Shown here: piece by piece, positions 9,213 to 19,746 of the stretch
How positions within the stretch are numbered: position 1 is the first letter of the stretch
Layout of the letters: the number at the start of each line of letters is the position of its first letter
Source of the DNA: Chiloscyllium plagiosum
Taxonomy: Eukaryota
Direction of reading: 5' to 3'
Assembly: GCF_004010195.1 (NCBI RefSeq)
Contig: NC_057750.1
Span: 4,861,017 to 4,881,016, forward strand
DNA: 20,000 nt
The notes under the pieces: model-generated
Seen by the model: the letters and a program-made list of their open reading frames with translations, nothing else
Told to the model about the DNA's origin: nothing
Databases searched by the model: none
Translations under genes and position numbers: made by a program

Positions 9213-9830
9213 ATGATTACAGTTCAAAAGGAAGTCATTCAGCCTATCAAATCTGGTCTTCTCCCCACAAGCCTGCACTTTCTACCATTTCCAATAACAG
9301 TCTAGATCCCTTTGGATTACCTCAGTGGAATCTGCCTCCACCACCCGCGCAGCCAGTGCATTCCAGAACCTCACCATATGATGCCTAGAAAAGCATTTTC
9401 TAATATTCCTTTCTTTTGCCAAATACTTTAAATCTGTGCCCCCTCTTGTTCTCAATCCTTCTGCAAATAGGCACAGTTTCTCCCCATCTCCAGAGACCAA
9501 TAAAGGTTTACAGAACAGAAAAAGGCTCAGCCCATCAAGTCTGCACCTATCAAAAATAAAATCACCTCACTGTTCTGCCTCTAACCCTCCCCTTACAGAC
9601 AGTGTGTTCAAGATACCACCACCCTCTTGGTGAAATTAGTTTTTCCTCAGATCTCCTCTCAATCTTCTGCCCCTTCCCTTAAGTCAATGCTCCCGGGTCA
9701 TTGATCTCTCCACCAAAGTTCCTCCTGACTACCCTTTCATAATTCGACACATTAATCATGTCTCCTCTCAATCTCCACTGTTCCAATCAATTGAATCTCT
9801 TCTTAACTGAAATAATCCATCGTAGGCCAC
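9213..9830 (-). mobile_element. Two old CR1-type LINE 3' fragments
   Basis: Degenerate FSRHHMVRFWNAL..RVVEAD (ORF 9282-9500); a second tail begins at ~9510. Confidence 0.6.
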
Positions 9831-10376
9831 ACCCATTTGCGAGTACTGAGATCTGAAACAATACAGAATTGCTAGAGAAATCTAGCAGATCTGGCAGCAT
9901 TGGTGTAGAGAGAAACAGAGTTAACATACAGAGTCCAAGTGATCCTACTTCTGGTAAAACCCTGTTTCTGGTAAATGGCAGTGACGTAGTTCCTGAACCT
10001 AGGTCTTGACCACTCTTTCCACTTGTTTCTTTTCTATTTTTCCTCTCCTTTTTCTTGTTAATTTTACCTCTTTTACTTTATTTTCCTCTCATTGAAGAGC
10101 TCTGTTGCAGCAGCAGGTAAGCCCAGTGTGAACTCGAGGGCTGGGCATCTTGGCAATCTCTGTATCACCGAGACAGTCCTACCACCGACTCATGACGGTT
10201 GTGACAGAGGAAAGTTTGGGTTCCTGTCCAATGCATGCTCATGGACACAGTGGCGGAGGGGTGTTTGGGCCCAGTACGGGACCCATCGACAGCGGCTTCA
10301 TCGGCGAGGTAGGCCTGAAGTGGAGTGAACTTTGGGCCGGTGCAGTTCCTGGCAGCATCAGTGGCATCTGCATCAG

Positions 10377-10577
10377 AGAATTCCAATAGTGTGGAGCAGG
10401 CCATTCAGCCCAACAAGTCCACAATGACCCTCTGAAGAGCATCCCACCCAGACTCACCCCTGCACCCTATCCCTGTAACCGTGCACATCTTTGGACTGTG
10501 GGAGGAAACTGGAGCGCTCAGAGGAAGCCCACGCAGACATGGGGAGAAGGTGCAAACTCCATGCAGACTGTAGCCCC
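10377..10577 (-). mobile_element. HE1/V-SINE (3' two-thirds)
   Basis: gcaggccattcagcccaacaagtccac..gcacatctttggactgtgggaggaaac..gcaaactcca. Confidence 0.85.
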
Positions 10578-10612
10578 AGTCCTGATGAAGGGTCCTGCCC
10601 GAAACATCGACT
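10578..10612 (+). ncRNA. Minimal type I hammerhead ribozyme motif in a PLE end (element continues to ~10685)
   Basis: AGUC-CUGAUGA-A-GGGU-CCU-GCCC-GAAA-CAUC-GACU: stem I AGUC/GACU, intact core and stem II, AUC cleavage triplet. Stem III reads ACAU instead of palindromic ACGU. Confidence 0.7.
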
Positions 10613-10984
10613 CCTCCTGTTCTTCTGATGCTGCCTGAGCCCCAGTGCTTTTTCCAGCTCCACATTTTACTGACTCTGACTTTCCCTCAGTCTCCAAGTG
10701 ATGTCACATCCCTCCCATACAGTAGTTTCTAATAACTCCTACCTGTGGACTTGAGTCTCCTAGCTCAGAGGTAGGGACACTACCACTGCACCACAGGAGA
10801 TCCTGCACCCATAACAGGTTTAGATGTTTCTTGTCCACGAATTCAAAGATAAATGTTCCAGACCTCTGGTGCAGAAGGGGCCTTTTTCCCCATTGACTCT
10901 GTACAGCTCATTAAAAAAACTTCGGCCGACTTTAATTCATTCCAATGTGATCCTTTTAATGCTTAAGGGAAGCAGTACACACAG

Positions 10985-11350
10985 GACGCCCCGCCTATCC
11001 CTTGCTGTGATTGGTCTGTCTGCTCGCACAGGCGTGGATCCGATTGGTTCCGGGTCCTGTCAATCATTATGCGTCATTCGTCTGCTCCCCGAGGCGGCGC
11101 CATCTTGTTTCCTCGAACTACCGCCCCGCGGGTTAATTCGCTTCGGGCGCTTTAAAGAAACATCCAGGATCGCGGCTTTTATTAACTTTAAACTGTTGGA
11201 TAGCGGTTTTCGTTTACTCGGTACGCCCCCACCCACTCCGCTTCGCTTCGCTCCGCTCTCGTCCCGCGGTGAAATTATGTCCCCTCTCGCGACGTTTCCG
11301 GTCCACACCCCACCCGCTCCCGAAGGCCTTCCGGGTAGCGCATGAGGCCG
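10985..11350 (+). promoter_or_regulatory. Second CpG-island promoter with probable non-coding first exon ending at 11220
   Basis: GC box ~10988, ATTGG at 11010 and 11043, PBX/PREP CTGTCAATCA 11057-11066, CRE-like TGCGTCA 11070-11076, YY1 GGCGCCATCTTG 11096-11107, donor TCG|gtacgc at 11220/11221. Strand is inferred from the donor. Confidence 0.75.
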
Positions 11351-11608
11351 AAGAGCAAGGTTCCTACCTAGAGTACAGCCTGAGGTTCTCTCTTGGTATG
11401 GGTTGGCTGGCATATTTCAACAGGTCAATAACATACCGGATAATGAAGTAGAGGATTAAGTAAACAATCAGCGAGATGGCGATCATTGCTGCTGCCCCTT
11501 GAAAATAGAAGCAGAACAATGGCAATCCTTACATTTGTCAGAATTGGTGGCCTAATTTGCTTCCCAAATCCTCTTGAAGTCATGGTTGAGCTAAGCCTTG
11601 AGAAGGTT

Positions 11609-11693
11609 GACCTGATGAAGGAGCTGCGCTCCTAAAGCTAGTGCTTCCACATAAACCTGTTGGACTATAACCTGGTGTTGTGTGATTTTTAAC
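11609..11693 (+). mobile_element. Second PLE family end with a mutated hammerhead
   Basis: CUGAUGA-A-GGAGC-UGC-GCUCC-UAAA-GCUA-GUG (GAAA changed to UAAA), then ataaacctgttggactataacctgg. CCTTGAG occurs at 11596-11602 and 11693-11699. Confidence 0.65.
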
Positions 11694-11804
11694 CTTGAGG
11701 AGATTACGCTTCAGTGACTGAGTTGGGCCCCATATTTTGAGAAGCATATATTAGCTTTGGAGGGAGTGTGTTGCAGGTTGACCACATTGATCCCTGGATT
11801 CCCA

Positions 11805-12570
11805 ACAGGAATACTGTCCAGTTTTGGTCGCCCTGTTATAGAAACATAGAAGATAGGAGCAGGATGAGGCCATTCAGCCCTTCAAGTCTGCTCCTCCATA
11901 CATCATAATCATGGCTAATGGTCCAAACTCACAGCCTAATCCTGCTTTCTCCCCATAACCTTTGATCCCATTTGCCCCCACGTGCTACATCTAACCACTT
12001 GAATGCATTCAATGTTTTGGCATCAATTTACATCCCATGGTAATGAATTCCATGGCTCACCACTCTTTGGTGAAGAAATGCAAAGGATATTATTAAAGCT
12101 GGAGAGGGTTCAGAAGAGATTTACCAGGTTGTTGCCAGGTATGAAAGGTTTGAGTTATAAAGAAAGGCTGAGACTTTTTTTTTACTGGAGTGTAGAAGGT
12201 TGAGAGGTAACCTTGTAGAGGTTTATAAGATAATGAAGGGTCTAGATAGAGTTAGTGGCAGTTGTCTTTTCCCTAGGATGGAGGCTTTCAAGACCAGGAG
12301 GCACATTTTTAAGGGGAGAGGACAGAGATTTTAAAAAGGCATGGGGCACAAAGGGTGGTTCACGTGTGGAATAAATTTCCCGAGAAAGTGGTGGATGCAG
12401 GTGCAAATACAATGTTTAAAAGACATATGAATAGATTCAGGAATCAATAAGGTTTGGAGGGATATGGGCCAGGATCAGACAGATGGGACTAGTTCAGTTT
12501 GGGATTATGTTCAGTGTGGATTTGTTGGATTGAAGAATCTGTTTTCATGCTGTATGATTCTATGACTGTG
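11805..12570 (+). mobile_element. CR1-type LINE 3' fragment containing an antisense CR1 tail (~11842-12080)
   Basis: ttttggtcgccctgttatag breaks off and resumes as aaggatattattaaagctggagagggttcagaagag (KLERVQKRFTR). Confidence 0.85.
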
Positions 12571-13056
12571 TGAGTTTTTATCTTCTGGAAATGCCATTGT
12601 TGTGTCCCCCTATTAAATGCCCTCTGGAAATCTACAGTGCATTCACCAATCCCCCATTATCAACAGCATGTGTTACCTCATCAAAGAAGTCCCCACAGAT
12701 TGAACAAGGATGATTTCCTTTTCACCACACCATGTTGGTTCTGCCTAATTACTCTTAACCTATCTAAGTGCCCTGTTATAATATAGAGATATAGAGACAT
12801 AGAGTCATAAACATGTATAGCACAGAAACAGACCCTTCAGTCCAACCCGTCCATGCAGACCAAATATCTTTACTAATACCTTCTAAGATTTTCTGTATGG
12901 CAGCTATTAAATGGCCTGTAGCTTCCAGCTTTCTGTCTTCCTATCTTATTGAATAAAGAATCACATTGGTTGTTTTCCAAGCAGGTATTATGAGGTTAAA
13001 AACAAACGTGGCTTAAAAGAATATAAGTTTGGCAAGCACCAGTGGTTAAATTTGTA

Positions 13057-13334
13057 GGTGGCACAGTGGTTAGCACTGCTGCATCACAGCGCCTGAGACC
13101 CGGGTTCAATTCCCACCTCAGGCGACTGACTGTGTGGAGTTTGCACGTTCTCCCCGTGTCTGCGTGGGTTTCCTTCGGGTGCTCCGATTTCCTCCCACCG
13201 TTCAGAGATGTGCATGTCAGGTGAATTGGCCATACTAAATTGCCCGTAGTGTTAGGTAAGGGGTAAATGTAGGAGTATGGGTGGGTTGCACTTCAGCGTG
13301 TCGGTGTAATGTAATCTAATCTAATAAAAAAAAA
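13057..13334 (+). mobile_element. Near full-length HE1/V-SINE
   Basis: A box tggcacagtggttagc, B box gggttcaattccc, V-domain, and (ctaat)n plus A-rich tail. Confidence 0.9.
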
Positions 13335-13562
13335 TAGAGTCCGATACGGCTCTTTAGAACTCAGGTGGATCTCCCCACAGATGCTGCCAGACCTACTGAG
13401 TTTCTCCAGAACTTTCTGCTTCTATTTCAGACCTCTAACACCGACAGTTCTTTACTTTAAAATTAAGGTACTCTGATAAATGAGGTTAAGGCAGATAAAT
13501 TAAGTCAGGTCACAGATGAGATCTCGAATTAACAGAACAGGCTGAAAGGGCTGAATGAAAAC

Positions 13563-14720
13563 TGTGAAAACCCCTGCCGACTTCTCATGAAGTTTACTCT
13601 GTTTGTTTATCGATGTTGGTTTGGAGCTTGGGGTGGGGAGCTAAAGATGACTTTTGGACTGGGGCTAACAGTTTGTGTTCAAAGCAAAACAGATCAACCA
13701 AACTTGATTTATGAGGCCAGACCTGGGAAGTTAATTGCAGGCTGGCTCCTGATCAAAAGATTCTGCAGATGCTTCATCACCAGGAAACAGCCTTACGTTT
13801 AAACAGCAGAAGTGTAAAGTTATTAACAAGGTCAGTATTTGGGAATGGGTTCCAGCAGGTCTGGAAGGATCCTTCTGTTCAAGCAGATGGCAGATTTTGA
13901 ATGATAACTGAAATGTCATGGAAGAGATCATCAATCTTCATGGAATGTTCAGACTTTAAACTAGGTTTTCTATGGAGAAAAAGAAGAGTATCTGGCTAAT
14001 GATGCTCTAGCAGGAAGATTTAAAAGCTCCCTGCCATCAGCAACTCTTGGAAGCTCAGAGAATAAGAATAGAAAATTGAGTGACAAATATTAGTGGTTTT
14101 ACCTGAGTGAACTGTAAAAGTGACCCTGATCAACCAAAAAAAAAATCAACCAAGAAACCATTACCAATACTTATGCATCATAAAAAACCGTTAAGTTGTC
14201 AGTTTTAATTATCCTTTAAATGTGTTGGTCTGTCTTTTATGTGAACGGGGTTGAAAAAAGGTTTTAGGTTAGCATAGACAGTCCAAAGATGTGCAGGTTA
14301 GGGTGGATTGGCAATGCTAAATTGCCCATAGTGTTCAGGGATGTGCAGATTAGGTGGGTTAGCCATGGGAAATGTACGATTACAGAGATAGGCTTGGCAT
14401 CTGGCTCTGGGTGGGATGCTCTTTGGAGGTTCAGTGTAAACTAGATGGGCCAAAGGCCTGCTTCCACACTGTAGGGATTCTATATAAACAAGATTACTTT
14501 GTTGTCTAGCTTTGTTCTGCCGAAGTTACTGTATTGTTAAAAAATTACTAACGCTTTTGTTAAGCGACAAGCCAGTGTTGAGTTTCACAATTTATTCAAA
14601 AAGTTGAGTTCCTGGACCATGGGGGTCAATTTTGAGGGTCGTTGAGGTTTTAATTTTACCGTGTTGTGCATACAGAAGTAGAAAGGCTGGTTTGGTTTGG
14701 CCATTTGCCTCTGTGTCGCA
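13563..14720. mobile_element. Probable solo LTR (Gypsy-like) carrying a SINE 3' fragment at 14278-14483
   Basis: TG...CA termini (TGTGAA..GTCGCA) with 4-bp flanks AAAC/ATAC. It appears to interrupt a CR1 tail (gggctgaatga | ccacctccagctc). Confidence 0.45.
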
Positions 14721-14907
14721 ATACCACCTCCAGCTCACCTGTGCCTGACTCATGAAAGAGTAGATTGCAAAGATTACAGTAACAAAGGTGCTAGTTTTCT
14801 CATGTATAGCTGACTAACCTGCTCTCTTGCATTCTCCACGGCTAGCTGAAACCAACCTTTTGGAAAACCTGTTTGAATACTGTAATCCCAGCTGTGATTT
14901 GGTAAAG

Positions 14908-15033
14908 AGACAATAAAACTACAGATGCTGGAATCCAAACTGGACGGTCAGGAGGCTGGAAGAACACAGCAAGCCATTTGTGAAGGGTTACACCCAAAAT
15001 GTCGACTTCTCCATCTCCTGATGTTGCCTGGCT
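14908..15033. mobile_element. Short inverted pair of PLE ends with a long flanking duplication
   Basis: Minus-oriented arm to ~14976, then plus-oriented gaagggttacacccaaaatgtcgac. AGCTGTGATTTGG at 14890-14902 and 15034-15046. Confidence 0.7.
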
Positions 15034-15456
15034 AGCTGTGATTTGGAAAAGGCCATTTTACCCTGGACATTACACCCTAAATAGGAAAGAGGAGGACTGG
15101 ACAGACTAGATGCAGGGAGGTTTCCCCTGGTTGGGGGAGTCTACAGGGACCCAATCTTAAGATACGGGATTGATCATTTAGGACTGAAATAAGGAAAGAT
15201 TTCTTCACTCAGAGGGTGGTCAACCTGTGGCATTCCCAACCACAGGAAGGACAAGACGTTGAGTATATTCAAGAAAGAGATTGTTACAGATATTAAAGAC
15301 ACCAAAGACTTTGGAAGATGGGGGAATGTTTAGTTTGTGTTGTCCAAGTGTCAGCTGTAACTCAGTCGGGAGCACTCTCATCTCTGATTTGTAAAATTCT
15401 GCATTCAAATCTCACTCCAGGCTATGAGAGCAGGCTAGTGAGGACTGCAGAGGCTG

Positions 15457-15927
15457 GCGCTGGAAAAGCACATAGGTCAGGCAGCATCTGAGGAGCAGAA
15501 GGGTCAACATTTTAGGCATAAGCCCTTCATTAGGCAGCACAGTGGCTCAGTGGTTAGCAGTGCTGCCTCACAGCACCAAGGACCCAGGTTCGATTCCAGT
15601 CTCAGGTGACTGTCCGTGTGGAGTTTGCATGTTCTCCCCGTGTTTATTTGGGTTTCGTCCCACAATCCAAAAATGTGCAGATTAGGTGGCCTAAATTGCC
15701 CATAGTGTCAGAGGCGAATATAGGATAGGGGAATGGGTCTGGGTGGATCACTCTCCAGAGGGTTGGTGTGGACTTGTTGGGCCAAAGGGCCTGTTTCCAT
15801 GCTGTAGGGAATCCATTCTAATCAGGAATGAGGCTTGTGGGCCGGAGGCTGAGAGATAAGTGCCCCTGGCCTACAGGCCTCGTTCCTGATGAAGGGCTTA
15901 ATGCCCGAAATATGGATTCTCCTGCTC
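15457..15927. mobile_element. Palindromic PLE-derived element (two opposed hammerhead-bearing arms) inside an old Deu-SINE (~15350-15972)
   Basis: Left arm gcccttcat|caggaatgaggcttgtgggcc is the approximate reverse complement of right arm ggcctacaggcctcgttcctgatgaagggc. Confidence 0.75.
15533..15820 (+). mobile_element. Full-length HE1/V-SINE inserted in the PLE palindrome
   Basis: A box tggctcagtggttagc, B box ggttcgattcc, V-domain, HER1-like tail ggcctgtttccatgctgta. Confidence 0.9.
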
Positions 15928-15970
15928 GATGAGAGCTGGCTCTAAGGCTGTGAGTGCTGCATTGGTGGAG

Positions 15971-16530
15971 GTCATAGAGATGTACAGCACGGAAACATCA
16001 CATCCTCTGGCAGCTCATTCCACACACGTACCATCCTCTGCATAAAAAAGTTGCCCCTTAGGTCTCTTTTATATCTTTCCCCTCTCACCCTAAACCTATG
16101 CCCTCTAGTTCTGGACTCCCTGACCCCAGTGAAAAGACTTTGTCTATTTATCCTATCCTTGCCCCTTATAATTTTGTAAACCTCGATAAGGTCACCCCTC
16201 AGCCTCCAACTCTCCAGGGAAAACAGCCCCAGCCTGTTCAAACTCTTCCTGGTCAGGTTGGACCGAAGGGCCTGTTTCCATGCTGTACATTTCTATGACT
16301 CTATGTGCAGGTCAGGGTGGATTGGCTACACTGAACTGCCCTATTGTGTTCACGAATGGGCATGCTAGGTATCTTAGCCACGCCCATAGTGTCCAGGGAT
16401 CTGCAGGTTAAGTGCGTTAGCCATGGGGAAACGCAGGGTTACAGTGACAGGGTGGGATACTCCCTGGAGGGTCAGTGTGGACCTGATGGGCTGAATGGCC
16501 TGCTTCCATGCTGTAGGGATTCTATTCTAT
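15971..16530. mobile_element. Cluster: HER1 fragment (-, 15971-16247, internally deleted), HER1 tail (+, ~16250-16303), SINE 3' part (+, 16304-16530)
   Basis: ORF 15972-16241 LGLFSLESWRLRGDLIEVYKI..; the tails match other copies in the window. Confidence 0.8.
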
Positions 16531-17204
16531 CTTCACAATGGAGCAGCTCAGAGAAGTTGGGCCTGACTCAATGCTGTAATTTTGACATAATACACAAATA
16601 CTTTACACAGTCAACCTCAATATAAATTCTAATGGAAATAGAAAACAGGACATTGAAACAGAAAGTGAATTTTACTCGATATTCTGGTGCAATTACTTCC
16701 TACCCTCCGATTTTACTTGATTTTAAGGAAATATTGAGTTTGGTTTTTGTCTGTATCCAATTTATTTGGGGTAAATATCAAAAGCTCTCTTTGACATTGT
16801 GATCCATCATTTATTTCTGTCACTCTATAAAGCATCCAGAGATGTTGGAGGGAACCGATGCTGTAAATTCTGCAAAGTTGTGCCATCGCTCAGGGTCTGT
16901 GAGGAATATAGGACTCACGGGAATTGTTTGGATCAAATCATCCCCTGAGGAACGACCCAGGGTAAACCTGCTGGGATATGGGCCGGGTGCTGGCAGGTGG
17001 GACTAGATTGGGTTGGGATATCTGGTCAGCATGGACAGGTTGGACCGAATGGTCTGTTTCTGTGCTGTACATCTCTATGATTCTAACTTCCCAAAGTGGG
17101 AAACAGTCACCCAATGAGTATTTGCGAGACTGGAGGCATCTGAAGTGACTGATGCCCATAGTTAAAATGGTTAGGAAATAACAGACAACTGAAGGAAGGA
17201 ACCC

Positions 17205-17900
17205 TTGGAGTGCAGGTTCATAGTTCCTTGAAAGTGGAGTCGCAGGTAGATAGGATAGTGAAGAATGCTTTCCTTTATTGGTCAGAGTATTGAGTACAGG
17301 AGTTGGGAGTACAGGAGTACATCTTGCGGCTGTACAGGGCATTGGTTAGGCAACTGTTGGAATATTGCGTGCAATTCTGGTCTCCTTCCTATTGAAAGGA
17401 TGTTGCGAAACTTGAAAGGGTTCAGAAAAGATTTACAAGAATGTTTCGAGGGTTGGAGGATTTGAGCTATATGGAGAGGCTGAATAGTCTAGGGCTGTTT
17501 TCCCTGGAGCATCGGAGGCTGAGGGGTGACCTTATAGAGGTTTATACAATCATGAAGGATATTGATAAGGTGAATAGACAAAATCTCTTCCCTGGAGTCA
17601 GGGAGTCCAGAACTAGAGGGCATAGGTTTAGGGTGAGAGGGGAAAGATATAAAAGAGACCTAAGGGACAACTTTTTCACGCAGAGAGTGGTACGGGTATG
17701 GAATGAGCTGCCAGAGGAAGTGATGGAGGCTGGTACAATTACAACATTTAAAAGGCATCTGGATGGGTATATGAATAGGAAGGGTTTGGAGGGATAAGGG
17801 CCGGGTGCTGCCAGGTGGGACTAGATTGGGTTGGGATATCTGGTCAGCATGGACGGGTTCGACCGAAGGATCTGTTTCCATGCTGTACGTCTCTATGACT
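17205..17900 (+). mobile_element. Well-preserved HER1/CR1 LINE 3' ~700 bp
   Basis: ORF 17441-17797 is the CR1 ORF2 C-terminus (YMERLNSLGLFSLEHRRLRGDLIEVY..FFTQRVVRVWNELP..FKRHLD), followed by a 3'UTR ending ctctatgact. Further tails at 16972-17083(+) and 12785-12868(-). Confidence 0.92.
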
Positions 17901-18192
17901 TGCATTTTTATAGTGCCTTTTAGGACTAACAGACATTTCAAGTCACCATTGTCATAGATCAAATGCAGCAGGCAATTGTTACAGAGACAGGCCCTTTGGC
18001 CCAAATTGGTCCATGCCAATCTTGTTACATAGCAAGACTCCAGAAAATACAGGATGATCCTGACCAGATCATCTGATTTTGACAATGTTGGTCAAAATGA
18101 TTAATGTTGGCTCAAAGCAGGGAGAGGTCCATAGGATCTTTTCCGCTTGCCCCAAACAGGCAGGTACAAGGCCGATATGCTTAACATCTCAT

Positions 18193-18497
18193 CACGCAGA
18201 GGGTGGTGCGTGTGTGAAATGAGCTGCCAGAGGAAGTGGTGGAGGCTGGTACAATTGCAACATTTAAAAGGCATCTGGATGGGTATATGAATAGGAAGGG
18301 TTTGGAGGGATGTGGGCCAGGTGCTGGCAGGTGGGACTAGATTGGATTGGGATATCTCTTTGGACTGTGGGAGGAAACTGGAGCTCCTGGAGGAAACCCA
18401 CACAGACACGGCGAGAATGTGCAAACTCAAACACAGACAGTCACCCGAGGCTGGAATCGAACCCGGGTCCCTGACGCTGGGAGGCAGCAGTGCTGAC
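18193..18497. mobile_element. HER1 fragment (+, 18193-18355) fused to the 5' half of a HE1/V-SINE (-, 18356-18497)
   Basis: Near identity to 17678-17840, then ctttggactgtgggaggaaac..gaatcgaacccgggtccc. Confidence 0.85.
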
Positions 18498-18877
18498 TAG
18501 GGATAGGGAGAAACTATCCCTGTCGGTAAAAGGATTGAGAGTGAGAGGGCGGAGTTGTAATTCAAAGAATTCAAAAGAAATTCAAATCTTTTCTCGCATT
18601 GAATCACCCATGTCTGAGATGCCTGTAACTGTGGTGGAGCCTGGCTGACTTGGGGATTTCAAAGAGGGCATTTGATGTACAGGGTTACAGCAGGAAGGCA
18701 GGAGAGTGGAACTAAGTGAATTGCTTATTCAGAGGGTCAGTACAGACACGATGGACTGAGTAGCCTCCTTCTGGTGTGTAAACTTCATAAGATCCTACTC
18801 CCAGCCCTCTTGATTTCCCCATCTCCTTCTATTCCTTCCTTGTGCTGACTATCCAGTTTCCCCTTACTGTATCACCG

Positions 18878-19400
18878 AGTCATACAGCGTGGAAACAGAC
18901 CCTTTGGTCCAACCCGTCCATGCTGAGAATATACAAACTCCACTCACGGCCACCCACGACCTGTACTTTGGTCTAACGTGTCCACTCCGACCAGATATTC
19001 AACATCAATCTAGTCCCATTTGGCCCATATCCCTCCAAACCCTTCCTATTCATATACCCATCCAGATGCCTTTTAAATGTTGTAATTGTACCAGCCTCCA
19101 CCACTTCCTCTGGCGGCTCATTCCATTCACGCACCACCCACTGCTTGAAAAATTGCCCCTCAAGTCCCTTTTAAATCTTTCTCCTCTCACTTTAAACCTA
19201 TGCCCTCAAGTTCTGGACTCCCCCAATCCAGGGAAAACACCTTGGCTATTTACCCTATCCATACCCCACATGATTTTATAAACCTCTGGAAGGCCACCCC
19301 TTAGCCGCCGAAAATCCAGGGAAAATAGCCCCAGACTATTCAGCCTCTCCCTATAGTTCAATCCCATCAACATCCTTGTATATATTTTCTGTACCCTTTC
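18878..19400 (-). mobile_element. HER1/CR1 LINE 3' fragment
   Basis: Reverse-complement match to 17410-17900. An older CR1 fragment precedes it at ~18500-18795(+). Confidence 0.88.
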
Positions 19401-19484
19401 TATCCATTTCCATTTCCCTAAACCACTCCCTGTGCTAGTCAGTTCTACATTGTTCCCACTCTCGAGATAAGTAAGTAAATTTAT

Positions 19485-19657
19485 GGGGAGGTGATGGCCT
19501 AGTGGTATTATTCCTGGACTGTTTATCCAGATAATGTTCTAGGGAACTCATATTTGAATGCCGTCATGGCAGAATTTGAATTCAATCGAATTATGAAATT
19601 ACGTGTCAAACAAATAACCATGGATCAATTGTCAGGGATAAATCCATCTGGGTCACG
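19485..19657 (+). mobile_element. 5' half of a tRNA-derived SINE (same family as 1-210)
   Basis: ggaggtgatggcctagtggtatta..ggactgtt..tttgaattcaat..ccatctgg. Followed by a CR1 tail at 19660-19750(-). Confidence 0.65.
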
Positions 19658-19746
19658 CTAGACAATAGACAATAGGTGCAGGAGAAGGCCATTTGGCCCT
19701 TCAAGCCAGCATCACCATTCATTATGATCGTGGCTGATCATCCACA

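Noticed and set aside
10824..11413. 173-aa (+) and 117-aa (-) ORFs over CpG island 2, and the minus-strand AAGATGGCG start
   Set aside because: GC-rich sequence is poor in stop codons and no domain is recognisable. The ATG belongs to a YY1 motif and closes after 9 codons.
13057..13120. tRNA gene (A and B boxes; also at 15533 and ~8400)
   Set aside because: These are tRNA-derived SINE heads that run into a V-domain and LINE-like tail, with no complete cloverleaf or T-run terminator.
16833..16961. Possible plus-strand exon MLEGTDAVNSAKLCHRSG... ending AGG|gtaaac
   Set aside because: Weak AAG acceptor, no recognisable peptide, and adjacent to a LINE tail; insufficient support.
17441..17797. 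118-aa ORF as a host gene
   Set aside because: It is the C-terminus of CR1 ORF2, present in several copies in this window, and its upstream part is disrupted.
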